A stretch of DNA of 63,199 bases, counting the filler, from Choristocarpus tenellus KU-1152 (Eukaryota > Protista > Phaeophyceae): NCBI GenBank assembly GCA_964200185.2. It is 8 parts of 8 records of this genome, joined end to end, with 100 filler letters (N's around TTAATTAATTAA, not from the genome) between each part and the next. Parts side by side here need not be neighbours in the genome. Positions count along the whole stretch, not along the records: positions 1 to 20,930 come from CAXNAD020000368.1; 7 more parts are not named here. The stretch is one strand, 5' to 3'. The position numbers and the translations under genes are program-made. How positions within the stretch are numbered: position 1 is the stretch's first letter; the number at the start of each line of letters is the position of its first letter. The notes below the pieces were generated by a model, which was not told where the DNA came from, made no database searches, and saw only the letters and a program-made list of their open reading frames with translations. Positions 1 to 15,400 of this stretch are shown here, piece after piece.

Positions 1-41
1 CCCAAATGGACGCGGCTCTACCCTCTAAGATACTTTGGCTC
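1..41 (+). mobile_element. MITE family A, right end
   Basis: CCCAAATGGACGCGGCTCTACCCTCTAAGATACTTTGGCTC. Confidence 0.9.
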
Positions 42-49
42 GAACTCTT

Positions 50-200
50 GACTAGATAGTAAGGACTACACATAAGAGTAGGAGGGGTATTGTGATAGAT
101 GTTGAAGTTCGATAAATTCACTTCTCCAAGGGATTAAGTTACAACAGCTCTTGGCTAGATAGTGAGGACTACACACAGGAGTAGGATGGGTATCGTGATG
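50..200. repeat. Imperfect direct duplication, period about 103 bp
   Basis: CTAGATAGTRAGGACTACACAYARGAGTAGGAKGGGTATYGTGAT at about 52 and 155. Confidence 0.8.
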
Positions 201-423
201 CAAAAGAACTGTGAGATAGAATAGAGTACAGTGCACCTGTGATACACCAAGTATTCCTGAATTGAGTAAGCTGCTCATCTGCTAGAATGGTGCAAAGGGC
301 TCTCTTTTCTGCTGTTGGACTAAGACATTCTTGGAGCACCCTCTCTTTCATTCATTCCTCTCCTATCCCTGCAAGTTCTTGCCTTTCCTCAAGTTGAAAA
401 ATTGACCGCTGCAGGTTTCCAAC

Positions 424-3400
424 CTGTGAACTGAGAGTACTCTCAGCTTGGCTATGTCTGGCCTCAGCTTCCCTGTCGTCACACCCAAAATGAAGGAACA
501 AAGGGGGATTGATCAAAGTTGAAAGTCACTCAGAGAGAACATTCAAATTCCCAGGAAGAAGGCATATCAATGTTGAGGTGCCTCTGGACTAGTGAGAGGC
601 ATTGACCCGGCAATAGTCAACTTCATCATGCCACTGTCGCACATACTTCGGGACTTGATGTCAACTAGGGAGATTGCCGAAGCATAGGTGACAGCACAAT
701 ACTGAACACATCACACAAGTATATCCAGACGTTGAGGATTGACCTTGGAGCAGTCGAAAATGGATACATGCAAGAGTCAAACCTATACAAGGAGAAGTTT
801 TTCCAAACTAAAGCAACTGTCTTTACTAGCCTTGCTACCTAACAACATGGTGTGCTGTCCATCACCCCGCAGCCCCTCTCTATTCAACAGCAATATTACC
901 ACTTGTGACCTATTATGATTAAAGATGGTTACTTCCCACCACAGACTCCACCGACCATTCAGTGCTCCCCCCCCTTCATGGTCCCCTTCGAAATTATATC
1001 CTTGTCTACCTACCCCGAAGGTCTATTTCATCTTGTTCTTGAAATTCGCTGGATAGATACATACATCTCACCACCTGATTCTTAATTGTACCTGAGGTTG
1101 TCCCTGTAACGCCCTTCGGCATGGCTGAGCTCAATGGCATGTTTGGCCACAAGGGCTCCCTGTCGTGCCTGCACCTCTGCTTGGAATTGTTGAGCTTTGG
1201 CTTCCATGGATAGTTGCAGTCTGGCCATGTCTTCCCTTGCGCTTGCTAGGTCAGCACCAAGAACAGTAGCCTATTGGTGCATTGTGAATGGGAGTGAGAA
1301 AGGGGGGAGTAGGAGTGGGAAGTAATATGGAGGGTTTCTCATGGGAATAGTCAATGAAGATGAGGCGATTATACGGATATTGATACGGTTTACTATGAAT
1401 CCTCCACAAAGATGACACCTTTTGGTACCTGTCCAAGAATTGTGGCATGTTCATCCTAGGTAAGCGCCGGCCCCTGCACTGTTGTAGTACTGTCCTAGGG
1501 ACTCCAATAAAATGTACTCGATGTAAATACAGATTTCTTACTCCAGCTGCAGTGGCTACATCATTTAGAAAATAATATGTGCATGACATTGTGCAATAAT
1601 ACACTGATGTTTTGACTGCAACTGAAAATAAAATATGCTTTTTGAACTCCTCTTCACAATTTACCTATCTTCATTTATGCTAGTGAAAGATGAGGGATAC
1701 CCCCTTGCATACAGATCCATCAATACTGTGAGGATTATTGAACCCAGGGTAGTGGCACTCATTCCGCCTTGCTTGCCCCAACCCAACTCCCTGAGCTGTC
1801 CTGACGTGATAATATATTCTGGGGTTTCCCCCAGGTCGGCAAACTAAAATGGTTTCATCCTCTGCTGGACTAGTCCCACAATTATTTTACATGTCCGGAT
1901 CATGTCCACTGAGTTATTGTACCGGTCCATGTGCGCCGCTTGGTCAGTCTGACTTTTTCTCATTTATGTCTGGACCATGTCCACTACGTGTTGTGCTAAT
2001 TCAGCAATGTAAAATGTGCCCATGTGCATGCCCAAGGTAAAGTTATACTCATATCCAAGGTGAATTATACCTCAGTATGTTCAAATAGGTTGAATTCTTT
2101 CAATTTTTCTCTGAACGTTTTATGGACTCAAGATAATGAAGTACATATATATGTGCATTGAGAATGTCAGCACCCATATATGCGTGGAATTTTATTTCAA
2201 GTTACATGCTTACAATTTACTAGATGACCCTAGACGAATAAGTGTCAAAATACAGTACATAGTGCTAGAATACATCTTGAAGTCAGAAATCTCGTCAGCC
2301 GTCCAAACACCAAAAACACACAAATGAATTTGTAGTCAATTTTGTATTTTTTTATAGTATGTAGAATAGTAATTTTCCCAAATACAGAAATATCAATATA
2401 TATTTTTACCACTTACAGTAGTAGGAGTGTAGGATAGAAGATACAAGCAGAGTGAATGGTAAATAGGGGGGCATGGCCATGATGTGGTCGGCTCAAGTGT
2501 CGACAAAATGTTACCAGACTGACCACAGAAAAACTGTTCTAAGATAGCTCAGTCCATGGCTGTCACTACTCAACATGACCAGGGCCACCGGCCGGCCATG
2601 TGCAACTCTGTTCAGACATTACCGAGTCCATGACCATCAGCCGTTTCAACATGGATGGACCACGGGCCGACCTGTGGCCCTATGGCTGGCAGTGTACATG
2701 TTAACTGCCCAGCCCCGTGAAAAGCCTGAAAATGAGTGGAAGTATCTTAGAGGGTAGGAGTCTTGCCCTGTTTGTCCTTTTGGGGCTTGACTTCCCGTGG
2801 GAGTGTTTATGACATTTTTCCACCCCAAAATGTTTCGGAGTAAGTAAAATGTATACCTTATGCAAGGTGTGTCCGGAACAAGGATACTGACACTTCCTAA
2901 CAAACACGGTAGCCAAAATTACATCTAGATCACAACATTGGTTATTGGCCTCCAAATGGACGCGGCCCTACCCTCTAAGATAATTTGGCTCAATGTTGGT
3001 GAAGGTGTATGTCTTTGTGAACCGCAAGTCAAGACAGCTGTGAGTAATGAAGCTTGTGAGCAAGATCAGCTAAACTTGATAAGGGTATGAATGTATTCTT
3101 CATCCATCCGCTATGATTGGAATGCAGGTGGTATTTTGCTGAGAGAGCACTCTAGATACCTGAATCTAGATGTATGTCCTCACAACTGTTGTGTGTCCCA
3201 TCTGACCCCTTCCTCTTTTCTTATCCATTGCATTTTTCATTCCAAAGTTCTCCCAAACAGAACACCTCTTGCCACATCATCCCACTTAGTTGTGTACTAC
3301 ATTGCAATTTTTCGAATATAGGCAATAAGAGCAGCAGATTTGCTCTATCACGGCAAGAAAATTCTATAGTCAACCAATTCCTTATCCTAGTGTGTTCTAT

Positions 3401-6400
3401 GTCAGTCACAACTTATACATGGTTGCCTTCCCTTGAAGTTCTTCCAATTGAGTCATGAGAGGAAACTCTGACCTAGTTCCAGAAACCAACAAGTCACTAT
3501 CACACAATGATCTTAGCCAGACATCTTTTCTACAGAGATAGAGATCTATGTTTAATAGCCGACAAAACCACAAGACGAACTTATCACAAAAAAAGGTCCG
3601 AGATTGATGGCATTGACACCTGATGTGAGCTTTCTTGGTGTCAGTTGCCGATCATATTGTAGCAATAGAGCAGAGGAAAACTAATAAGAAAGCAGTCTTT
3701 TTTTGCTGAAAGGCCACTTCAAGGTTGCAACTATTTGCAATAGAGGGGCAGTCAAGTCTTATCATTGGATGGCAAACTAATCCTTGTGGACTTCTTCTGC
3801 AAGAGTAAAAGTATCTTAGAGGGTACGAGTTTTGCCTTGCCTGTCCATTTGGGGCTTGGCTTCCCTCGTGTTTTTATGACATTTTTCCTACTCCGAAATG
3901 TTGTGGAGTAGGTAGAATGTATATGTTATGAAAAGGTGTGTCCAGAACGTGGATATTGACACTTCCTAACAAACACAATATCCAAAATTACATCAAAATC
4001 GCAATATTGGATTTTGACCCCCAAATGAACGCACCTCCACCCTCTGAGATACTTTGTCTCGCAAAGTGTTGCTGTTTGTGATTCCCTTTTCCCTCTCACT
4101 TTGATTTTTGTCAGTTTTTTAGCACCAATTTTCTTCAAACTCAAACTGCATGTGTTACCAGAGGTTAGAATAGTAGGCCAACCTACTTAGGTTCCTGACC
4201 ATACTTGACCTCTTTGTACTAGTGTTTTTGTAAAAGAAATTTCAGTTTCCCTGGATCATTTCCTCATGTATCCAGCCCTCTGAACTTTGCTTGTTGTCGA
4301 GTTCACTGACCCCATAGGACATTCTTTTACACACTACAAATCGATGATACCTTAGAATATCCCACTCATGAGAGTTGTAGGAGTAACAGTGGATATGTGA
4401 CAGATAATGTCGAAATTAAGTGTACTGGATGGTACATACTCGTAATAGAATATTATTATATGACCACAAACATACATTTGGAGATGTTTTCAGTGGGAAG
4501 AAAGAACGTTCATGTGATCTAGTATTGGTGTATGCCAAGGTCTCTTGGGTAATTTACTCTTACGCAAGAGTAATATAGATTTAGGTCGAGTAAGGCTATT
4601 TGCTAACAAGGACCTACTATGGATGGGCATCTTCCATTCCAGTGCATCTGTAGTTAACGGCATTAATGCTATCTTGGGTGCCACCACCACTCTCTCAAGT
4701 ACCTCACACAATAGTCATGTAACTATTTGCATTGAAGTATTACATTCAATACAGAATTCTCCATGACCCCATACCCAGTTCAGTGCCACCTGGGAGATAC
4801 AAAAGTGTACAGTAACATTGTGTGCCAATTTTTCTGACACACCTCACCTCTCCCTCTTTAGCATGTAGATCCTCTCTTACTTGAGCCAGGAGTTCAGATT
4901 GAGCATCTCTTTCGCCCTATTGTGCAAATTGTCAAGAGTGTGGCAGGTTCTCTTGATTGAGTCACTTGGTGCAAGAATTGGGGAAGAAAGAATGGGAGAC
5001 TGAAGGCGGGAAGCTCGCCATATTTTCAGGTAGTGGTTTAAGGAATGATTTCAAGAGCTGCCTGAGTTCATACTTCTTCGGACACTTGCTGGTTGGAGCT
5101 GCTCGGCCCGGTGTTACTGATCATGTATCCTTATCACAGGCATATCTTGACTTTGCTCCACTTTGCTCAATCCCTCATTCTACACGTATAACACGGCTGT
5201 TTAATACCCATTCCTAATCCTAATCCTAATCCAAGTTTATTCTTGCTATGATCTTTCTACTGCTCACCTCTAGCTTGGCCTTTACTGCACCCATCTTCAA
5301 CTCGTGTTTCTCTCTTAGCTCCTTTGATAGATTGGTTGTCGCCAGTACCTTTTCTGCTTCAGCTGCTCGTCTTACCTTGAGGAGTTCTTGTGAATGCTGC
5401 TTTGTTAAAACCTCAAGTTCACGATCGTGTAGTTCATTGCCTGCTTTGACCTCCTCCTGGGCCTTAGACTAGTGCACAATGCATCATGCCACAATCAAGG
5501 GAGAGGGGTGTGTGGGATGAGTGTATGATAGTAGGCTCTAACCAACGGTTAAATTCTTCACTGTCAACATGGCAATAGTTGAGCCGTTTTTGACGTGTTG
5601 TCTTGAGGACATGCACGGTACAGGGTGAGCTGTACTCTCTTTTGAGGGAAGTCTAGTTCAAGTTAACGTTCTACTCTGCATTCATGTCCAAACACCTTTG
5701 GAAATTGTACAGAGACCTTTCAGGATGGTGTGCCGAACAATTTTATCTACTCGGAGCATTCTCCTTTCTCCCCCTTGATGCCTACCCTGGGGTGATCAGC
5801 TTCAAAAACATTTTTTCTAATTCTGCCCTTCTGAACTGCTCCCCTCAAAGAGCCAACGCCTCTGTTCTTTCTCCTTGTGGGATTGCCAAACAATCACGCT
5901 TGATATTTGCGTGTCAGTATAGCCTCCTCTACTTGCCCTGGGTTGAAATAGTTCTATTCCAAGAAGAAATTTTCTTCTGTTGTCGAAACATAATGACTAA
6001 TGAGGGGAACATGACCCAACCCTCACTTATGTTGCACCACATTAATTTTTTGTTGTTCCAATTTCCTTACCTTGAGATTTTCTATGGCATTAGCATGCCT
6101 CACCTCCTCCTCCTCCATCTGCTTGACGTGAGCATCTACCAATGCACATCTCTGGGTCTCCTAAAGGCGGGGATTGACCGGATTCCTTTCTCCATTAGGA
6201 ATGACTAGAGGTCAACAATAGGATGTAGACTAGGAATTTGATGGTTGAGGTATCGAACCTTCACTTCCTTGACTGTGGAAGGAATGCAAAATATAATACG
6301 CACCATATAGCTGAGTGCTTGGGTCTATCCACAACAATCTCCTGACACTAGCTTCCAGTGCATGAGCTTGATGTCATGTTAGAGTCTACACTGTTGATTG

Positions 6401-9400
6401 ACGTCACAATATGAGGATGCTAAATGCCTTGAATAACACCTACTTGTTATTGCCCCGTTACTGAAGAAGGGGGAGATATATTTATCTACAAACTTGAAAT
6501 ACAATCACCAGTACATGCATATGCTCATCAAGGGGGTGACATAACCCTGTTGAGACAATGTTAGTGGACTACTGGAATGGTTGCCATGAATTTATTTTTC
6601 TAATCTCTACTCTGATTCGGCCTGCATTACATCTAGCATTGACCTAGAGTCTTGTGTGGAAATTTCACTTCCAACTCCACCAATTGAATCCTTTACCTTG
6701 CTGGGATTGCTCCAACCTTTCTTCTTACCATCTGCTCTCCACCTTACAAACTATTTTATCCAATGAGAGGCCCTTCAGTCCCGGGGCTTGTAGCAGCTCC
6801 TGGACTTTGGGGTCCAAAGTATATTTTCTTTCTCACCGCTGCCTCCAGCTTCTTCACCATCAAATCATTCGCCTGCTGCTGAGCTGTTGTGTACATGACT
6901 TCTGCAGCCGTCATCTTTGCCTGTACCTCGGCAGTCCTAGTGTCTGCCTCCTGAAGCTCCTTGGCGTGTTTGGCTTTGAGGGAGGCAGACATTTCTTCAA
7001 TCTCAAACTTCTGGGCCTCACTTGCGGTGATAGAGACATGTTTGACAGCCTCCGAAACATCCCTGACAGCCCTATTGGGAGCCCACAGCAGCAACACCCA
7101 GGAGTATGAGTGCATTGAACTTTGGAGAATAACAAAACACCCCTTTTTTTTTTAAATCTGGCCTATCATCCTATCCAACGTACTCTTGTAGGATAAAAAC
7201 GATATTTCACAAAATGTGGTCGGTTCAGAAACAGGTCTGACGCCTTCTGGAGGACTAGGTTGACTTGATGTGCATTTTAGCCATCCCTTGTTCTAAAATT
7301 AAAGCGCAGTAAAAGAAGGGGGTAATTCCTTACACCTTACCTATGGTTTAGACACTAAATAGTTGTTGGTTATGTGGTTCTATCATGCTAGCATATAAGA
7401 GGAGCAAAGTAGTCCCTGCCTTCCCCACTCTTTTTCCCCATTCTTGTTAACTATGCACTGAGCTCACCTGTCCTCCAATCTCCGAGTCTCTGCTTCAGCA
7501 AATGCCTCTTGCTCTTCAAATCGTTGTTTCCACGCCTTTTGTGACTCTAGCAATGTATCCCTTGCCTCCTGCAGCTCATTGCCCAGCCGACTCACCTCGA
7601 ATTGTAAATCTGTCTCTTTCTCCTTTGTCATGATTCGAATTTTCAGGGTGAGATGGTAACGTGAGCTTCTTCATTGAACAGGTGGTCTATGAAGAGGCAC
7701 CAGAGCAGAGTAATGCTGCGGGAGCCATCCTGCAGGTACCCAGTATAGTGATAGTGCCTTCTCTATATTCTTATCTCTTCAAGTAGTGTTTCTTCTCTCT
7801 CTTTTTTCTATAGAGCATCGCATTTGTTCTGTGCATTCATCATGCACAGAAGACTCTGGCAAGATTATGGGGATCAGGAAAATACATTCAACTATGGCAG
7901 ATTAATTGATTCGTAATGACCTGTACGGAAAGCAAAGGTCAAAGGTCCACATGATTGCGGATAATGAACAGGATGATGGCGACTTGCACGATTAGCAGAG
8001 GAAAATTGAACAAAATGGCACCGATGAAAAGGGACAAGCGACGGATTTGCACTGATAGGGGTTGAAACAATTTATTGTGTGTTCTTTTTTTGTTGTCTCC
8101 TCATCAGGAGTTTCTCAGAAGGGTTGCGTGCCCAAACGTTGGGCGATTAGGTCCATACAGTTGAAAAGCTAAAATATCCAGAATTTACAACCACTGGATT
8201 AATAGGTACTCTACCAGTTTGGTGCTGGTGTTGCTATTTGCACCATAGGCAGAGAGCTGAAATTCACCATACAGTCCCCTGTTTTCAATCTACAGCATGA
8301 AAAACAAACCCTAGCCCTAGTCCTATCTCATGAGTCAAAGTATCTTAGAGGGTAGAGCCGCGTCCCTTTTGGGACCAAAGTCAAATGTTGCGATTTTGAT
8401 GTAATTTTGGCTATCGTGTTTGTTAGGAAGTCTCAATATCCTTGCTCTGGACACACCTTTTTATAACATATACATTTCACCTACTCCAAAACATTTCAGA
8501 GTAGGAAAAATGCCATAAAAACCCGTGGGAAGCCAAGCCCCAAAACGGACAAACACGGCAAAACCCGTACCCTCTAAGATACATTCACTCTCATGGATCA
8601 TGGTGCATCCATCAATACTTCTGAGCACCAGGCACAATGTCCTTCGAAGTAGTCTAATGAATATCAATGACTTTTGATCTAATTGATTAATGTCAGTTTC
8701 CAGAATCTCCAAAGCTATTAATACCCTTGGCACTTGAAGTACTCCAGAGTGTGCGCACATTGGAGCAATAGCTTTTCAACTGAAGAATGCCTTCTTTCAT
8801 GGGAAACCCTTTGTGCTATGATATCCCTTCCACAAAATAGGGAATTCCTACTTACTGTTTTTTGAAGTTCAATTTGTGTCAAAAAAATGAATACCAACTC
8901 CATAGCATTATTCCCTTCTTTTTTTCCTTGAGCAGTTGTATGATGTTAAATTGAGTTACAGTGCTGATGGTGAGACCCAAAGTATCTGAGGGGTGTGGGG
9001 GGGTCTACACCAGGGTGTCCATTTGCCCCAAAATCATAAAATGTGCATTTCATTATCCATCCGACGTATGGAACCAAATCACCCAAAAATCGCGACATGA
9101 GAAAATTGACCCAAAATAGACAGTCGACACCCCCCCGCAGATACTTTGAGCCTGACCTTGAACACCCAGATACTTTCAACTAGATAGTCAGACAAGGATG
9201 GACTGTTGCCCCTGCTAGAACATACTCATTTTCAGGATTTTTCTATTATAGTATTGTTGCACTTGGTGAGTAGATGGAAGGAGGTATTGTACTTAAACAT
9301 GTGATGCCTTATCTTTCTTGGTCGATTTTTTCTTTTCCTCTACATGAGGAGTAAAAACAAAGATAACAAGAAATACAGTGACCTCTGTATGAGCATCTCC

Positions 9401-12400
9401 TCCCTGATTCAATTTCCCCTTCCGATGTTGAACATGTAACATGTAATTATAACATGTAACTGTAGAAACCTTTCTTGTGTAGCTCCTGTCATCAAGGGGC
9501 ACACCATTCCACAGCCCTCACCTGAACAGTGGCAACACCTATGTTCTGTACGTGTCATGCAGTTTTTTTTAGCAAGAACTTTAGAGGTGCTCCTTGGGTA
9601 GAAAAAATGAACAGATAGTCATTAATAATCCCAAAACGCACCCTTGACTTTGCCTCTGCCTCCTGAGCGATTCTCCGGAGATTCTCTACCAACTCAGCAG
9701 AGGCCCTCAGCTTTTTCTCCCAGTTCTCCGCCGATCTTTCTGCATTCTCCAGTCGGGATACCAGATCTTCTGTGCTCTGCTCCCCACGTTTATGAAGGGC
9801 CTGGGCCTCCAACTCGGCTGCCTCACGCTACGAGGAATAGACAAAATGAGAAAGTGGCTTGTGTGATTGAGAACGAGAATGATTCCAGAGATGTTAAAGG
9901 CGAGGATCCTGAGGGTCAGAGTATCTGGGGGGGATGGTGGCTGTCCATTTGGGGCCATTTTTTTCATGTCGTGATTTTTGGGTGATTTGGTTCCATACGT
10001 TGGATGGATAATGAAAGCGCACTTTTCCTGGTTTTGGTCCAAATGGACACTCTGGTGTAGACCCTCCCCCCCCCCAGATACTTTGGGACTGGCAACACTT
10101 GAGGATACTTTTTCTGTATTGTCGACAACCTGCTCGGTTAATTCCTTCCACCTTGAGGTTTCTGAATCCTCTGCAGCACCAATGTGTATAAATAACCTCA
10201 ACTCTATGTAGAACGTGCTTGGATGGGTGTTTGAGTCCTTGCAGCGCAGTAACTCTCAGATTAATAAATGCATTTTTTGTATACAGGACTTTCGACAGAG
10301 GATTTGACACAAAGTTGCAATAGTAAAGGTAGTCATTGTTACGTCAGTTGAGTTGGTGGTTGGTACGGTATGATTGTGTGATATATTTCTCATGGGTTAC
10401 ATTTTATTTTATGTTTCAACAATGTGTTGAAACTGGCCTTACCTCCCTCTTGCGAGCGTCCCGTTCTTCCTCCAGTTCTTGGTCAAGACGTATTCGTTCC
10501 TTTTCCATTTCTTCAGTCAGCTCCTGACTCAAAGCATTCAATTCTCAATCTCAATTATTTTACTAGAACATTGAGTGAAGACCAAAATGGATAACTCTGG
10601 AAATATTCAAAGAACGACATGGGTTTCCAGCTAATGACATTTGAAGCCAGTCAGACTACAAAAAAAAGAGATTCAGGAATGAATGCCGAGATTAGGTATA
10701 TATATTGCTGGGGCCACGGTTTGGAGCTCAAGCAACCAAGTAAATGCCTCCCTAAGTTCAATCTGGCTCAAACAATGATGATAGGTAGTGATCAGCCCTT
10801 GAAACCAAGAAGATCATCTGAGTAATTTTCTATACTGGTCTTATTCCCCCACTGCACTTTCGTAGACACAATGGTGTAGGTAGGATGTGAGTTGGAGCCT
10901 TGAGATATTTCACTCCTCACTTTCCACCTCGATAGGCAAAAAACACAACCGTTCTAATCACACATAGATAGTTTCTTGCAAGACATCCTTCTACTGCTTA
11001 GTCTAAACTACGGCCCCATACTTGCACTATCTATCTTCACCATTGGCTTCACTTACTCACCACAAACTTCCACATGCCCAAGAGTAACTGTTCCAGATCC
11101 CACAACCATACAGACACCTCAGCATACATACAACCATGTGGGCAACATGTCCTGTCCTGCCTCTATACTTCCCCAAGTACAAACCTTCTGCCTCTTCTCC
11201 GCCTTTTCTGTGATTGTCCTGCTCATTGTCTCCATCTCAGCACGAAGCATATCTTTTTCAGCTTGTCGTTGTTGCTCCACTGCAGCTGCCTGTCTGATCT
11301 CCTTCTCAAAGGATTCCTTTATTGCATGCAACTCTTCTTCAAGCACGGATTTTTTCTGCTGCGCAGTCTTCACCTAGGTGAGAGAGGGAAAAGCTGGTAA
11401 AGTTTTCTCTTCATTTTCTACTGCAGAAAAGAAATCTCCCGGTCCCTTGTCAAGGTAAATCACCAAGCTGGGATCTAAATTCCACAAGCAACCTCTGGTA
11501 GCAAAAAAAAATCACCATGATGTGATCCACAAACTGATGGAACCTCACAATCATTGGTGAAGGGGGCAACAGACCCAGAGTATTGGGGAGGGGGGGGGGG
11601 GTTACACCAGAGTTTCTATTTGGACAAAAAAAATAGGAAAAGTGCACTTTCATTATCCATCCAACGTATGGAAACAAATCACCCAAAAATCGCGACATGA
11701 AAAAATTGACCCCAAATGGACAGCCGCCACCCCCCACCCCTCCCCCAGATACTTTGAGCCAACATGCAAGTACTGCATTTATCTTCATCTGGGAAAAGGA
11801 ATACTGCACTCCATCAGAGCATAGAAATTCACCGGTCAAGCATCTGAACTAAATCATCAATGCTCACAGACATATCCAAGTTTGTTTCTTGAGGAAAACC
11901 TGTTCATGAAGATCAGCAGCGGAGCTGTTTGCCTTCTGAAGCTGTGCGGTGAGATCAATCTCCCTGTCTCTTGCTTTAGCACGTAGTTCTTCGATCTCTT
12001 CCCTCTCTTCCATTGCCTTCTGCTTAGCCTCCCTCAGCTCAGCCTTTAGCAACCCTTGTTTCCCCTGGAACATTTAACCAATACGAAATCTTGTAAGAAG
12101 CAATATTGTGTTGAATGGAGTTGAGGAAGGTCGTGATAACATAAAATTCCCTCAATCAAAACAAAAAGATTGACCTCATTCATCCTTTCATAATAAATAT
12201 GATAGCTACCTCTTTTTGAATGTCATGGACTAGCACAAAACCTGTTCATGATATATGCGTATGTTACTGGGCTGTATTAATAACAGTGCCTCATATTTAT
12301 TTCCTTCAGCTTTTGAGCTGATAGCATTGCTGGGTTTTCAGCTACCCTTTGCAAGAGGGGTGGGGGTATGTATCATTGTTTTTAAAATATAACTAGTGCA

Positions 12401-15400
12401 TGCTGCTGAGTGCAATCTCAGGGGAAGGTTGACTTGCTAATGTTAATGTAGGAGTTACGTCAAGATGAAATTGAACAATGAGACACAGAGGAGGTTGCAG
12501 GGTGTAGACTTCCTATTGCTTCAATGTGAAAAATGAGCAAGTCTATTTGTGCAAACAATTTATTTCTATTGTGTCCCCTACCCAACAAACATATCATTTT
12601 TCGTAATTGCGTAACTCTTAGAGCTAGCTCTAGAGCACCTCGCTTTGATTTGGGAACTACTCTGATGTGAAGTATCTCGGAGTAGTAAACAATTTTATCT
12701 CTATCTTTCATGTGATATACAAGTTAAGGCTTTGATCCCCTGTGATAATAAATCACCATGCATGGCAGGTCTAGACAACAGCTACTGCTGGCACAAGCTA
12801 CAGAATGGACTGGGCATGGGCTGGATGCACCTGTTTATCACTAACCGCACCCTTGAGCCTCTCCTGGAGGGAAGAAATCTCTCCTAGCTTTGCAGCCAGA
12901 CTGTTGTCCTGTTGTGCAGTTCAACTGAACTTGTGGTTAACTCGTGTTAACTTGTGTTTGAACAGAGGGGCAATACTGCGAAGGTAGAAATGTAGGGAGG
13001 TGAAGCTGTGTACAAATCGAGGATTCAAAAGGGGGGATGCGATAGTGGCTGAAAGAAGCAGATAGATCTATGTATGCCAGCACCTTCGGTTTAAGACAAG
13101 TGCTTGACTGAGGTGAATACGACACAGTATGATGAGGAACAAGGTTATGTAAGGACCAAAAGTATCTGGGAGGTGGGAGGGGATCTACACTAGGGTGTCC
13201 ATTTGGGTCAAAATCAGGAAAAGTGCATTTACTGTAACAATCTGACACATGCAACCAAAGCACCCAAAAATCGTGACATGAAAAATTGACCCCCAAAGGA
13301 CAGCCAATACCCCCTCCCAGAAACTTTGAGTCAAGTACACTACTGAGTGATATCGTATTAATACCCCTACCCACAGATAGAAGCCTCTACAGGTCAGACT
13401 GTATCTTGCAATCATATCCCAGCTATAGCTACAGAGGTTGCCACTGCAATGGACATCAGTCGTTCATTGCCACTGTGATGACTGCAGTCACCTTAGATAC
13501 CAGCTCTGCTGTAACTTCTCTCTTAAATGCCTCTTTTTCATGACAAATGTCTTCCAGACTTCTTTGCAGGGCAGACAACTGCTCATTCATCCTGTCCTTC
13601 CCCCTTAAGGCTTCTTCTGCCAAGTCCTTTGCAGCACGAAGCTCCCCACTGATTTCATCACAGCGTGTTGTTCTTTCACACAGTTTTTCCCGCAGGGAAC
13701 TCTCACAGTCTCGAGCAGTGTTTGCAGTGGCTGACATCTCTGAACGGAGGCGAAAAAGGTCGTTCGCAAGCCTTTCTTGGGAAGAGGCAATGGCATTGAT
13801 ATCATTGGGGGGTGGATTGAGGTGGAACCAGTTGGGATTTGGGATGGTGTTGCATGATATTAGTCAAGTCAGTACATTTTTACTCTGGGAGGGGTTCACT
13901 GAAAGTATCTCCTTGACAGACTGTTGATGATGGAACCACTGTCGACTCAAAGCTTGAGAGGAACAAATCCTACTCTGAGCAACTATGACACTTGAGTGCC
14001 TCTCTTGTGTGGGGCTGTGAGTGAAAGTATCTTAGAGGGTACGAGTTTTGCCCTATTTGTCCATTTGGGACTTGACTTCCCTTGGGGTTTTTATGACATT
14101 TTTCTACTCCAAAAAATTTCAGAGTAGGTAAAATGTGTATGTTATGAAATGGTGTGTCCGGAACGAGGATATTGACATCTCCTAATAAACACGATAGCCA
14201 AAATTACATCGAAATCGCAACAGTGGATATTGCCCCCCAAATGGACGCGGCTCTACCCTCTAAGATACTTTGACTCTGTGTCATGGCATTCACTCAGTGA
14301 TGTGAACGCATTGCACCCAGGAAGTACCATCTTGGAATAATAGAGTAGCCCTACTCTGTTAGGGTCAAGCATTTCTCTTTGCACCCTAGTGGGAAATGCG
14401 CACTTGTCTCTTTCTGTCTTCATAGCAGTTTTCTCCAGTTCTGTGCCCTTGGCTAAGAGAGCCCTTTCTTTTTCTACACAGGCTATTTCACCAACCGCTT
14501 GGTCTACCTTTGCCAGCAGACCTGAGCGCATGACCTTTGATAAGTAGAGAGCAATGGATGTAGGTGCAAGGCAAGTGACAAAGTCAATTATTTGTTTGAA
14601 TATGCAGTATGCAGGTCATCACAATATCTCTGATATACACCATGATATACCTCAACACTGCCTTGTTAATGATAAACTCCATAATACAGCACACACAGAG
14701 CGACAATTTCCATCAGAAAAAAGTCTTTGCTTGCAAGATTGGCCTGAAAGGATTGCAATTCCTACCTGTTTCTTTGTTTGAAACCCCTACTCCTCACTCA
14801 TCTACACGAGTTAACCCTAGTTCACGTGGTTTGACATATGCAAGAGTTCAAACTTTGTTCCTAGTTTCAGCTGAGGATTTCGGAATATCATAATTCTCAT
14901 AGGTCCAACCATTCACAAACCAAGTCATCGATGCATCACAACTTCATGGGATAGCAACATGTATGAATCATTCGAATCACGTAGCTCAGGAGTCATGAAA
15001 ATGTCCGAATCATGTGCAGGTTGTATTAATCCACATATACCCCTATATGTGTTTTTAAATGATATGTAAGAATAATGGTGCCTGTTTCACTACTATCAGA
15101 CTGGGTTAGTGTAAAATCCACTAGTTGCGAAAATGTATCAATTGTTTGAAGGCATGAACCTCTTGCCAATCTGGACATGAATGTGATTTCTACCTACAAC
15201 CCATTTTTTGGAAAGAGTGAAGTCTACGCTGGTGGCATACTGCCTGTTCTTCTTTCTTTGAATGTCCACATCCAGCTGGGCTGTGCCCTTCTTTCAGGCC
15301 ATGATAATTGTGTTTTTTTGAAGTGATTAATTTGTAGTGTTAATAGATTGGTTGTAGAAGGCTTTTCTCACTTCTATGGCAGGCAAAAGATCATTTTTGC

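Noticed and set aside
5684-6208. Long plus-strand ORFs opposite the FAM184-like gene (also 6654-7109 and 13547-13927)
   Set aside because: Antisense shadows of coiled-coil exons or chance ORFs with no recognisable motifs.
6697-6742. Exon-like segment VESRW*EERLEQSQQ in the FAM184-like gene, suggesting stop-codon reassignment
   Set aside because: The flanking exons join in phase without it and no other exon needs read-through.
10102-10172. Candidate extra FAM184 exon
   Set aside because: Not phase-compatible. Exons 10523-10443 and 9827-9642 already join in phase 0.
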